64,000 bases of DNA, taken from positions 22,012,001 through 22,076,000 of the forward strand of contig CM059432.1 in the NCBI GenBank assembly GCA_030390025.1, read 5' to 3'. The number at the start of each line of letters is the position of its first letter. Within the stretch, counting starts at the first letter, position 1. Position numbers and translations under genes: made by a program. The notes under the pieces are model-generated. The model searched no databases and was not told the origin of the DNA. It saw only the letters and a list, made by a program, of their open reading frames with translations. This stretch comes from Squalus acanthias. Its lineage: Eukaryota. Shown here piece by piece: positions 19,289-30,821 of the stretch.

Positions 19289-19717
19289 TCGGAAAATGGC
19301 GTCACTCCCGCTCGCCGCGTGCGCCGCGGAAGTTTGTACTCATATAAGATTTTCAGAGATTGTAAATACGTTGGGAACTCGACATGTTTCAGAGTTGGGG
19401 TTTTGATTATTTTAGTGATGGTGTTGATTGTTTGGTTTTGGGTTTTGTTTTTTCCTTTCCCTGAATAAAAGACAAATATACAGGTGATACGAGGGGTATC
19501 GGCCTGGTTACACCGGGAAGGAAAACGAGTGGTGTAAGTTTAAGGGCAAATAATGCCTACGGTGATATAAAATGTGATTTTCTTGGGAAATAAGGACGAC
19601 ACAGAGACCCTAGCTAAGTTAAAAATTATGGGATTAATTTACTGGATTCGGAGAGAAATCGAGATAATATTGCTCACCACTATGATTCTTGATACGATAA
19701 GCGGAGTTATTCGCATC

Positions 19718-19729
19718 AACAGGAGGGAC
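19718..19729 (+). promoter_or_regulatory. Polypurine tract (short)
   Basis: aacaggagggac immediately before the 3' LTR TG. Confidence 0.7.
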
Positions 19730-21399
19730 TGTAGAATTCGCAATATATCGCGATTTGATTAATGAGGAGAAAACACAAAGTTTCGTTCAAACAGCTTTTA
19801 TTTCAGCAGAATGCTGGCAGGTTTAAATTGGACACAAGCAGCCTGTAAAATGGCCGCCGCACCTCGTGACAGAACATTCTAGACTTTTCAACAGGCAGAC
19901 AAGATGGCGTTCCAATAAACATTTGTGCAAGATCGATTACGATTCAGCACAGTGAAGATAATACACGAGACATTATGGGTTTGCAGTATAAACATAGATA
20001 CTGGAATCGGTCTCCCAGGTACAAAGGAAAGCCATTGTACCGAGTAATCAAGGGCCCATCCAAAGGACATTAATATGTAAATCCCAACGACTCTACGATG
20101 AGAGAGCCGTTAGCAGGTAGTTATACAGGACACTTGGAAGCCCCAAACCCCTCCAGGGAGAACACCGACCGATTTAACAATGGGAGAAATATTAACAGGC
20201 ACTCAGACATTTATGAGTAGCCCCGAAACCCATTAAGAACGGAGATCACCCATACAAGACATTTGGGCGCCAAACCCTAAACAAAAGAATGGACATTATA
20301 GTTGGGCGGGAAACGGAAGATTTTTGCACTATAATTGCAGGCTCCAAACCGTCCATTCTCTCTCTTGCTCTGGCATTCGCTCGCTTGCTCCTGTGTGTTA
20401 TCCGGTCGATTCGTAACCTCGTGGCTGCTCCTGTGTACTCGTAGTTGGGCTTCTGCTTGCCCGTTGCCCTTTCTGAAAAGACTGTTGAACTTTCTGATCC
20501 GTTCGGATCTACCTCGTGTCGCGTAACGAAGACCTATGTTGGTAACTGGCAGTGGAACCGAAGGCCCGAGATGAGATGAGATGAGATGAGATGAGATGAG
20601 AAGAGAGGAAGACCATATCCATCGCCACGGTCAGTAAATCCCGACCGCGCCTGTAGGTCGATCAGCCAAGTTTTCCTCGCCAGGAAGATTTCTATTTTGA
20701 ACTTTTAACAAAACATATTGCATCGACGATAACGGGACTGTGTCTAAGGAGACTGGTACGTGAAACCAACCAACAGAGATCTTCATCACAGCAGACGGTC
20801 CAGCCTACTAGCCGGAGCAGCAGAAGCAAGTAAACAAGTGGGACCAGGAGATCTCCTGACCGACACGTGGGTGCTGCGGTGAAAAACATCCGATCAGCTA
20901 TTCGGAATTTCTCCGAGTTATCACGAGTGGTGAGCATGAGTCTCGAGATCCTACGAAGCTAGTTTAGGATAGATATTGATAGGGGAGGGTTTAAGGATTA
21001 AGGATATTTGTAATGTGTGCCCCTATTTACTTTGTGCCGTTCGTTCCTCGTTTCCCTAAGATCGACTATATAACTGTTTGTAAGATTGTACTGTCATTAA
21101 TCTGTGCTTATGACATGTATTTCATAATTTTAAGTATCATGCAATAAAGATTTTCCATTTCGTACCATTCAAACCAAGTCTACATGAGTTTTATCTCCAT
21201 TACTGCTCTCGCATCTAAGTCCAGTGTCTAGAACCGTAAGGGAGAGTGATTCGAACCACTCACAGGTGTGTCTAGTGTTCCCAGACTGGCTGGAGACCAG
21301 AACAGGCAACTAGGCCTAGACCCGCACTGACATACAGGCTGCACAGAGCCGCGTGAACCTCACAGGCTGCGAGACACGCAGGGTCAGGAATCCCTTACA
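19730..21399 (+). repeat. 3' LTR (1670 bp)
   Basis: Direct repeat of 8682-10351, followed by TSD TGCA. Confidence 0.97.
21143..21148 (+). terminator. Poly(A) signal in the 3' LTR (10095-10100 in the 5' LTR)
   Basis: AATAAA after an AT-rich tract, ~250 nt before the LTR end. Confidence 0.65.
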
Positions 21400-23479
21400 T
21401 GCATTCGGAGCTCCGTCTCCCCGGGGACCGCCAGCTGACCATCTGTCGTGTCCGCTGCCTACCCGGGCTGCACATTCCCCTCCCAATCTACACGCTCCGA
21501 TACAAGGCAAATGCCTCGGGGTTTTTTTTAAAGTTAATTCTAAATGAGAGATGAAGGAAAACCCTGGTTACCTACTCAAGAATTTTGCCGGTTAAGAGAG
21601 ATTTCCGGATATTTGGGTGCCGGTTAATAAAGAGTTTCCTGTATTTCCAAGTTTTGTGTCATCTGCAAATTTTGAAATTGTGCCCTGTACATCCAAGTCT
21701 AAGTCATTAATATATATCAAGAAAAGCAGTGGTCCTAGTATTGACTCCTGAGGAACACCACTGTATACTTTCCTCCAGTCCGAAAAACAACCGTTCACCC
21801 CTACTCTCTGTTTCCTGTCACTTAGCCAATTTCATATCCATGTCACTATCCCTTTTATTCCATGGGCTTCAACTTAGCTGGCAAGCCTATTATGTGGCAC
21901 TTTATCAAACGCCTTTTGGAAGTCCATGTATACCCCGTCAACCACATTGCCCTCATCAACCCTCTCTGTTACCTCATCAAAAAACTCAATCAATTTAGTT
22001 AAACATGATTTGCCTTTAGCAAATCCATGCTGGCTTTCCTTAATTAATCAATGCTTGTCCAAGTGACTGTTACTTTTGTCCCGGATTATTGTTTCTAAAA
22101 GCTTCCCCACTACCGAGGTTAAATTGACTGGCCTGTAGTTGTTGGGTTTTTTGAACAATGGCGTAACGTTTGCAAGTCTCCAGTCCTCTGGCACTATCCC
22201 CATATCTAAGGAGGGTTGGAAGATTATGGCCAGTACCTTCGCAATTTCCACTTTTACTTCCCTCAGCATCCTAGGATGCATCCCATCTGGTCCTGGTGAC
22301 TTATCTACTTTAAGTACAGCCAGCCTTTCTAGTACCTCCTCTATCAATTTATATCCCATCCAGTATCTCAACTACCTCTTCTTTCACTATGACTTTGGCA
22401 GCATCTTCTTCCTTGGTAAAGACAGTTGCAACGTATTCATTTAGTACCTCAGCCATACCCTCTGCCTCCATGTGTAGGTCTCCATTTTGGTCCCTAATCG
22501 GCCCCACCCCTCCTCTTACTACCCGTTTACTATTTATATGCCTATAGAAGACTTTTGGATTCCCTTTTTTCTTAGCAGACAATCTATTCTCATATTCTCT
22601 CTTTGCCCCTCTTATTTCATTTTTGACTTCCCCTCTGAACTTTCTGTATTCAGCCTTATTCTCAACCTGACATCTGTCATACGCTCCCTTTTTCTGCTTC
22701 ATCTTGCTCTCTATCTCTTTCGTCATCCAGGGAGCTCTGAATTTGGTTGCCCTCATGGGAATGTACCTCGACTGTACCAGAACCATCTCCTTTTAAAGGG
22801 AGCCCATTGTCCGATTAAAGTTTTGCTTGCCAATCTTGGATTCCAATTTACCCGGGCCAGATCCATTCTCAACCCACTGAAATTGGCTTTCCGCCAATTA
22901 AGTATTTTTACTCTAGATTGCTCCCTGTCCTTTTCCATAGCTAGTTTAAACCTTATGAGACTGTGATCACTGTTCCCTAAATGTTCCCCTACTGACACTT
23001 GCTCTGCTTTACCCACCTCATTCCCCAGACCCAGTTCCAGCAATGCCTTCTTCCTCATTGGGTCAGAAACTTACTGATCAAGAAAATCCTCCTGAACACA
23101 CTTCAAAAATTCTTCAGTGTGTTTCTCTCTCCACAGTTGCTGCCTGACCTGCTGAGTATTTCCAGCATTTTCTGTTTCTATTTCTGAAATTCTTCCCCCT
23201 CTCTGCCCTTTACACTATTACTATCCCAGTCTATATTAGGATAGTTGAAGTCCCCCATTATCACTACTCTATAGTTCCTGCACCTCTCTGTAATTTCCCT
23301 GCAAATTTGCTCCTCTATATCCTTTCCACTAGTTGGCGGCCTATAGAACACACCTAGTAGTGTAATGGCACCTCTATTGTTTCTCAACTCTAACCAAATA
23401 GATTCTCCAGGACCTAGCCTCCAGGTAAGGTGTGGGACTATTATTGATAGGGGAATTGGGGTTGTGTTCACTCGTACCA

Positions 23480-25045
23480 TAGTTGTATGAGAAGATCATG
23501 CACAGCCCGAGCAGAAATGGGCTGTCTGGATGGCCTCCTGCCTTCCGCTTCCTCCTCTTCTGCTTCCTCCTCCTCCTCTTCCTTAGCTGGTCACCATATG
23601 CCTAGTGGCAATGGCTGTGCCCTCATGATGGTAAGGCTATCGAGCATGCTGCAGACCACGACAAATCTTGAGACACGTTTTGGTGAGTACTGCATGGCTC
23701 ATCAGAGCGGTCCAGGAAGTGGAAGCATTGTTTAAGGACATCAATGGTCTGCTCTATCCGATTACGTGTAGCAGCATGGCTCTCATTGTAAGCATTCTGC
23801 CCACGTGTGGTTGGGTTGCAAACCCTCTGGTTTGTCTTGATGGCTCAAGGACTGAGGGCACAGTGGACTGGCACAGAATAAAAGCATCATGACTGCTCCC
23901 AGGATACCAGGATGTGCTGAGCGTGGTCGCACAACAACTGCATATTCAGCAAGTGGTAACCTTTGTGGTTGCGGTACATCTCAGCATTTAGATGCGGCGC
24001 CTGCAAAGCCACAGGTGTGCAGTTGATGGCACCTTGCACCATGGGGATGCCCGGTATCCTGGCAAAGCCAAATGCACCCTCTGCCTGCTTCTCTCTGGTC
24101 AGAGAGAAGGCAATAAAGTTCCCTCTCCTGGCATAAAGAGCATCTGTCACCTCTCTTATGCAGCAGTGGTTGGAGAACGGGAGATGTTACAGATGTCGCT
24201 TGCTCCAACCTGGAGGATCTTGACATGTAGAAATTCAGGACCACAGTCACCTTCAGCCATGGCTCAGTTGGTAGCACCATCACCTCTGAGTCAGAAGGTT
24301 GTGGGTTCACATCCCACTCCAAAGACTTGAGCACAAAAATCAAAGCTGACACTTCAGTGCAGCACTGAGGGAATCTGATAGAGCAGACCATTGATGTCCT
24401 GTAACAACGCTTCCACTGCACTGTCGGAGGTGCCGTCCTTCAGATGAGACATTAAACCAAGGTCCCGTCTGTCCCTCTCAGGTGGATGCAAAAGATGCCA
24501 TGGCACTATTCGAAGAAGAGCAGGGGTGTTATCCCCAGTGTCCTGGCCAACAGTTATCCCTCAATCAACATCACTAAAACAGATTATCTGATCATTGCTT
24601 TTTGTGGGAGCTTGCTGTGTGCAAACTGGCTGCTGCATTTCCCACATTACAACAGTGTCTACACTTCAAAAGTACTTCATTGGCTGTAAAGCACTTTGGG
24701 ACGTCCGGTGGTCGTGAAAGGCGCTATAGAAATGCAAGTCTTTCTTTTTTATTTTTCAGCAGCCACTGGCAGCGCTGTTGTTGCCCTGGTGTGAAGCTGC
24801 AGGTCTGGTTGCAAGAGGTGGCAGAATTCCGTGAGCACCTCCTTCTTCAAGTGCCTCACACACTGCTCCTGGCTCAGATTGAGATAAGAGAATTGCTCTC
24901 GGAAGACCCGAGGTGGGTAAGGCCTGCTGCTGAGAGCCCTTCTCCCCCTCCTTTCCTCCCTCTGCAAGCAACTTGTCCTCTTCTTTGCTGCCTTTGCTCC
25001 ATCTCCCTGTCATTCTGCAGGCCAAGGGGGATGACTGGGAGCAAC
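23480..25045 (-). pseudogene. Harbinger (HARBI1-like DDE) transposase remnant, interrupted by a SINE
   Basis: RPYPPRVFREQFSYLNLSQEQC, ALPVA/VTVVLNFY, TDALYAR, MVQGAINCTPVAL, RNHKGYH; homologous to the ORF at 44169. Confidence 0.85.
24254..24757 (+). mobile_element. SacSINE1-like Deu-domain SINE, full length
   Basis: tRNA-like head (tggctcagttggtagca...gggttcacatccc), Deu-like core (gatgagacattaaacc...aaagatgccatggcactatt) and L2-like tail gcgctatagaaatgcaagt. Confidence 0.8.
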
Positions 25046-26740
25046 TGGTCTGACCAGAATCCGTAAAGTCAGAAGCAAGGCCTTCTCCCTTTGCAGCACC
25101 ACGCCCTGTCACCTCACCAACTGTAAACAACTCTAGAAAGCTGCAAACACTTCCACAAACTTACACAGAGCCAGTAGAAATTAATCAGCGAGTGACCTGA
25201 GAGTGGTTGATGATCCCTTTAAATATCGCTGGTAGAGGGTCCTTGCAACTGCTGAACACATGTTCAGCTGTGCGAGGTTAACACAGGACATTACTCCAGC
25301 TTTGAGTATGAAAATGGCTGCGCTGGCGTCAAATCAGCATTGCACACTGATTAACGTCACAACCAGCCTACTCTACATACTTCTGGCGCATGCTCCCAGT
25401 GCCGCCGCTACCACCCTCACCAAGATGGCGTCCGGCGTGGCATGCATCAGAATTGTACGTACGGCTTGGACGCCATTTTCAACCCAAAAGAGCGCCAAAA
25501 CAACGCGCGATATTCAATCGTATTTCTAGGCCATACACTTCCCTTTGTTTTTTTTTTCATAAACTGCTCAATTTTGTCAGTTAATAAATGACAATGAGCA
25601 CAGGTCCTATAATAGGCACTTACTGTCAAGCCCATCAGCTATGTACTATTTTCAGACAATGAAAGGCTCGTAAAGTGATCAATCTTGAACTGCTCTTTTT
25701 TCCCTTAAAGCTCGGCTTTGCCATTGGGAATGGTATGAGATCATCTTATGGTCAAGCAAATCCCCTTGACAGGCCCGCTGACATCTCTCATTTAATCACT
25801 GTGACAGATAAAGTCCAAAGTCTGAGAGGATGGATAAATCTGTGTAGGACATGTCATGCTGAATAATTTTGGATTTTCTTTGTGATAAAATAGAAATCAC
25901 AACTGACACAAAATCCATGTAAAATGACACTCTCCTTCAGTCACCAGTACTTATTTGGGTCAAGGTACCTCACTTAACAGAGTCTAGTACTTGCTGGTCA
26001 TTCATCCCTGTCACGTTCAGGATATTTTTGGTCATTTTTCCACAGAAAGAATTCGGAAATGAGTTACGTTTAAGTGGTGCGTTTTAAAGTGAATTCTCAC
26101 AAGTCTAAAATTCTCCTCACAGCCATGTACTGCAGCCAATGAGTCAAAGGGAGGTTTACATTCTAGTGAGCTAAATATGAAGATATGTTCACACAGCAAC
26201 TGGGGACCATAGTTGATAAGTTATCTTGTTTCTGGCTTCCGAAAAGCATCCACTCTTATTATCATTGGGATGATCTGTTCATTTGAGCCCAGCATGGACT
26301 GTCTACTGAGAATGCAACTTTTAGGAGGAGAGTTGTTGGTTTCATTGTAAGGCCTAATGGCAAATCACTAAACAGGGAAAAAGTCCAGAAGACTTCTCGA
26401 GCCCATCCACTTCCTATGGTTAGAAGTAAAATAAATGGAGCAAAAAATCTATGGTCAAAGATAATCCAATTAGGTCTGGGAAGAGAGCCCGGCCTGGCAA
26501 CAAAAAACCCACTCATCATAAATTCGGAGCTAGTCAGAAAAAGAAGGCTGGCCAGGATGGTTTGTTAGCTCTCTAACATGGGATAGTGTTGCATGGTTCA
26601 TTAGTTTTTTTTATTTATGAGGAAGGATTTCAATGTTAAGTGAAGTAAGTTTTGACTACAACTGTTACTCTATATATTCACTTATTGTTTGTAAAATAGC
26701 TTAATGAGTCACATTTGGCCTCATCTCATTAAAATGTTTT

Positions 26741-29290
26741 CATAAGAAATAGGAGCAGAACTAGGCCATTCGGCCCCTTGAGCCTGCCCCGCCATTCAAT
26801 AAGATCATGGCTGATCTGATCTTGGCCTCATCTCCAATTTTCTGCCTGTTCCCCATAATCCTTGACTCCCCTGTAGTTCAAATGTCTGTCTATCTCAGCC
26901 TTGAATATATTCAAATGACTCGGCCTCCACAGCTCTCTGGGGTAGAGAATTCCAAAGATTCACGACCCTCTGAGAGAAGAAATTCCACCTCATTGCGGTC
27001 TTAAATGGGCAACCCCTTATTCTGAAACTATGACCCCTAGTTCTAGATTCCCCCATGAGGGGAAACATCCTCTCAGCATCTACCCTGTCAAGCCCCCTCA
27101 GAATCTTATATGTTTCAATAAGATCACCTCTCATTCTTCTAAACTCCAATGAGTATAGGCCCAATCTGCTCAACCTTTCCTCATAAGACAACCCTTTCAT
27201 CCCAGGAATCAACCTAGTGAACCTTCTCTGAGCTGCCTCCAATGCAAGTATATCCCTCCTTAAATAAGGAGACCAAAACTGTATGCAGTACTCTTGGTGT
27301 GGTCTCACCAGCGCCCTGTACAGTTGTAGCAAGACTTCCCTACTTTTATACTCCATCCACCTTGCAATAAAGGCCAACATTCCATTTGTCTTTCTAATTA
27401 CTTGCTGTACCTGCATGCTAACTTTTTGTGTTTCATGTACAAGGACACCCAGATCATCTGTACTGCAGCATTCTGTAGTCTCTCTCTATTTAAATAATAT
27501 TTTGCTTTTCTATTCTTCCAACCAAAGTGGATAACCTCACATTTTCCCACATTATACGCCATTTGCCAAATTTTTGCCCACTCACTTAACCTATCTATAT
27601 CCCTTTGCAGACTGTCCTCCTCACAACTTGCTTTCCCACCTATCTTTGTATCATCAGCAAATTTGGCTACAGTATACTCGGTCTCTTCATCCAAGTCATT
27701 AATATAGATTGTAAATAGTTGAGGCCCCAGCACTGATCCCTGTGGCACCCCACTAGTTACAGTTTGCCAACCTGAAAATGACCCATTTATCCCGACTCTC
27801 TGTTTTCTGTTAGTTAGCCAATCCTCTATCCATGCTAATATATTACCCCCAACACCATGAGCTCTTATCTTGTACAGTAAACTTTTATGTGGCACCTTAT
27901 CAAATGCCTTTTGGAAATCCAAATACACTACATCTACTGGTTCCCCTTTATCCACCCTGCTCGTTACATCCTCAAAGAATTCTAATAAATTTGTCAAACA
28001 TGATTTCCCTCTCATTAAACCATGTTGACTCTGCTTGATTGTATTATGATTTTCTAAATGTCCTGCTATTACTTCTTTAATAATGGATTCCAGCATTTTC
28101 TGAATGACAGATGTTAGGCTAACTGGCCTATAGTTTCCTGCTTTCTGTCTCTCTCCTTTCTTGAATAGGGGTGTTACATTTGCGGTTTTCCAATCCGCTG
28201 GGACCTTTCCAAAATCTAGGGAATTTTGGAAGATTACAACCAATGCATCACTATCTCTGCAGCCACTTCTTAAAATAGGATGCAGGCCATCAGGTGCAGG
28301 GGACTTGTCAGCCTTTAGTCCCATTAGTCTGTCTAGTATGTTTTCCCTAGTGATAGTGATTGTTTTAAGTTCCTCCCTCCCTTTTGCCCTTTGATTTTCC
28401 ACTAATATTGGAATGCTTTTAGTGTCTTCTACCGTGAAGACAGGTACAAAATATTTGTTCAAAGTGTCTGCTATTTCCTTGATTCCCATTATTAATTCCC
28501 CAGTCTCATCCTCTAAGGGACCAACTTTTACTTTAGCTATTCTCTTCCTTTTTATATACTTGTAGAAGCTCTTATTGTCTGTTTTTATATTTCTTGCTAG
28601 TTTACTCTCCATCTATTTTCTCCTACTTTATTTTGTTTTAGTCGTCCTTTGAAAGTTTCTAAAAATTTCCCAATCTTCTGGCCTACCACTAATCTTCGCA
28701 ACATGGTATGCCTTTTCTTTCAATTTGATATCCTCCTTAACTTCCTCAGTTAGCCACGGATGGTTCATCCTTCTCGTAGAGTCTTTCTTTCTCACTGGAA
28801 TATATCTTGATTGAGAGTTATGAAATATCTCCGTTAAAGTCTGCCACTGCTTATTTACCATCTTGCCCTTTAATCGATTTTCCTAGTCCACTTTAGCCAA
28901 CTCTGTCTTCATACCCTTGTAATTGCCTTTATTTAAGTTTAAGACACTAGTTTCAGAACCAAGTTTCTCACCCTTAAACTGAATGTGAAATTCTATCATG
29001 TTATGATTACTCTTTCCAAGAGGGTGCTTTACTATGAGATCATTAATTAATCCTGTCTCATTACACATTGCCAGATCTGAAATAGCCTGTTCCCTGATTG
29101 GTTCCACAATGTATTGTTCGAAGAAACTGTCTGAATACACTCTATGAACTCGTCCTCAAGGCTATCTTTGCCAATTTGATTTGTCCAATTTATATGAAGT
29201 GTAAAATTGCCCACGATTATTGCAGCACCTTTCTTACAAGCCCCCATTATTTATTGATTTATACACTGTCCTACAGTGTAGCTGCTGTTA
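26741..29290 (-). mobile_element. CR1 LINE ORF2 (endonuclease end + RT), frameshifted
   Basis: ORFs 27398-28612 and 26895-27416 with YLDFQKAFDKV and KFADDTKIGG; tail cataagaaataggagc at ~26741. Confidence 0.92.
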
Positions 29291-29640
29291 GTTTCAGTCT
29301 GCCTATTGCATAATTGGAGAAGTGCATGTGAGGACACATGTGAAAGACACAAGGACACAAGGATTTTAACTTGGGGCAGAAATCGCATGCAGGGGCCCAA
29401 GGAGTCGGTGAAATATCTGGCAAACTGCTGCATTAGGCCCAAAAGATTTTAACGCACTTGTTTACATATGTCGATACTGACTCCTACCTGAAGCCAGCAG
29501 GAATAATGTCATAAAGGCAAGCGGGAGTCTGCATTGGTGCACGTCAGGCCCAAGGGCGGGAACCCACGGAAGCGGTCCTTGACAAGTCTCATAAATCAAC
29601 ACAAACTCTAAAAAGTTAAGAGATTTGGTACAGAAATCAT

Positions 29641-30466
29641 GGCCGCGATCTTACCTGAGGAGGCGCGTTGGGGGCAGGACTGCTGGTTTCCGGGTTCTAG
29701 TCCCGCCCCCAGCGGCGTCTGACGAACAGACGCTATTTTCCCTTGATTGGCCTTGTTAAGCCCGCCCTGCGAGCTTGCCGGCCAATTAAGGGAAAGCCGG
29801 TGTCAGATGACATCATGACGCTTCATCTGCCGGTTTTCTTAAAGGGACAGGCCCGATAATTTTTTGACAGATGGATTGTCAGTGTTTGACAGCATTGAGG
29901 TACTGTCCAAAGGTGAGCCCTTGCACCCAGACTCACCAATGACTCTCTGATGGCAGTTGAATGTGAGATTGCAGAAGCCATCTGTCAATTCTCCCGATCA
30001 GATGAGGCTTCACAGAAACATCAAATCTTGTCACCTGCAGATACATATAAACAGAATAAAAATATTTCTCAATACATTCTCTCACCTGTCATACTTACCT
30101 GTGCACCATTGCACCCATCGCACTACCTCTGCAGCTGTCATTTGCGCACTTACACTGCAGTAGACCCACAGCTCACCTCGCTGACCCTGGCAGGGTTCCT
30201 GCCGTCGGGAAGCCCACATCAGCAGGTGGAAAATGGTGAAAAGCCTCTTAACTGCCTGGTAACTACCTGTTAACAGGCAGTTAATTAGCTCTAATCCCCT
30301 TCCTGCCGCTAGGAGACGGGTCCCTGGGCGAGTCGGGGACCTGCCTCCCGGGAAGATGGTTAGGAGGTAGGTTGGGAGCGGGATTGGGTCCCGCTCCCAA
30401 TTTTTTTCATTTTCCCAGCAGTCTCGCCTCCAAACCTACCTCCTCAGGGCTGGTAAAATCCAGCCC
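29641..30466. mobile_element. Harbinger-type MITE
   Basis: Imperfect TIR ggccgcgatcttacc / ggtaaaatccagccc, 3-bp TSD CAT; interior similar to the elements at 31230, 53510 and 63005. Confidence 0.7.
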
Positions 30467-30515
30467 CATGAGTTGCTATTTTTTTCAAATATAAACCAAT
30501 ATAGATATATTGACA

Positions 30516-30676
30516 ATAAAAACAGAAAATGCTGGAAATACTCAGCAGGTCAGGCAGCATCTGTGGAGAGAGAAACAGAGTTAACATTTCAGGTCAATAA
30601 CCCTTCATCGGGTGAGTATTTCCAGCATTTTCTGTTTTTATTTCAGATTTCCAGCATCCGCAGTATTTTGCATTTG
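30516..30676. mobile_element. Penelope-like inverted terminal fragment with 16-bp TSD
   Basis: Flanked by tatagatatattgaca twice (30500-30515, 30677-30692); internal inverted repeat aaaacagaaaatgctggaaatactca / tgagtatttccagcattttctgtttt. Confidence 0.7.
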
Positions 30677-30821
30677 TATAGATATATTGACAGTTGGAAA
30701 AACCTAATTAATGGCTTAGTTAAGTTCTAACAGGTCGGAGCTCTTTACAAGAACTATAATACTGCATCTGAAAATGCTTTGCAAAAAACTTCTAAAAAAA
30801 TCCTAACTGTTTTAAGCCTTC

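Larger units (their letters stand above)
8682..21399 (+). mobile_element. Full-length endogenous retrovirus-like provirus (lokiretrovirus-like): LTR-gag-pol-env-LTR
   Basis: Paired TG...CA LTRs, TSD TGCA (8678-8681, 21400-21403), PBS, PPT and three uninterrupted ORFs; lineage assignment is inferred from domain architecture. Confidence 0.96.
8556..21641. mobile_element. Tc1/mariner (Tigger/pogo-like) non-autonomous MITE, ~364 bp without the provirus
   Basis: Perfect 26-bp TIR CAGGAAACTCTTTATTAACCGGCACC (8556-8581 / 21616-21641) with TA TSD (8554-8555, 21642-21643). Confidence 0.9.
5635..23417 (-). mobile_element. CR1 LINE (APE+RT, decayed) split by later insertions; pieces ~5635-5984, 8038-8555, 21644-23417
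   Basis: 3' tail (tagaatca)n at 5635. Removing the MITE restores [16 protein letters not shown]. Endonuclease motifs GVFYRPP, MGDFNYPNIDW and LGNSDH at 22950-23400. Confidence 0.9.
3640..25532. mobile_element. PIF/Harbinger DNA transposon (decayed), outer layer of the nested stack
   Basis: TIR GGCCTAGAAAT (3640-3650) / ATTTCTAGGCC (25522-25532) with 3-bp TSD ATA on both sides; contains convergent ORF2 and transposase remnants. Confidence 0.8.

Noticed and set aside
19395..19468. Hydrophobic reading frame (LIILVMVLIVWFWVLFF) after env as a small membrane protein
   Set aside because: Explained by a T/G-rich tract; no suitable upstream ATG in that frame
24254..24330. tRNA-like sequences here and at ~1040-1110, 46191, 48903 and 51271 as tRNA genes
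   Set aside because: They are SINE heads continuous with SINE bodies and lack complete cloverleaves
26262..26568. Stretch open on both strands (~85 codons)
   Set aside because: No homology recognised and no convincing splice sites
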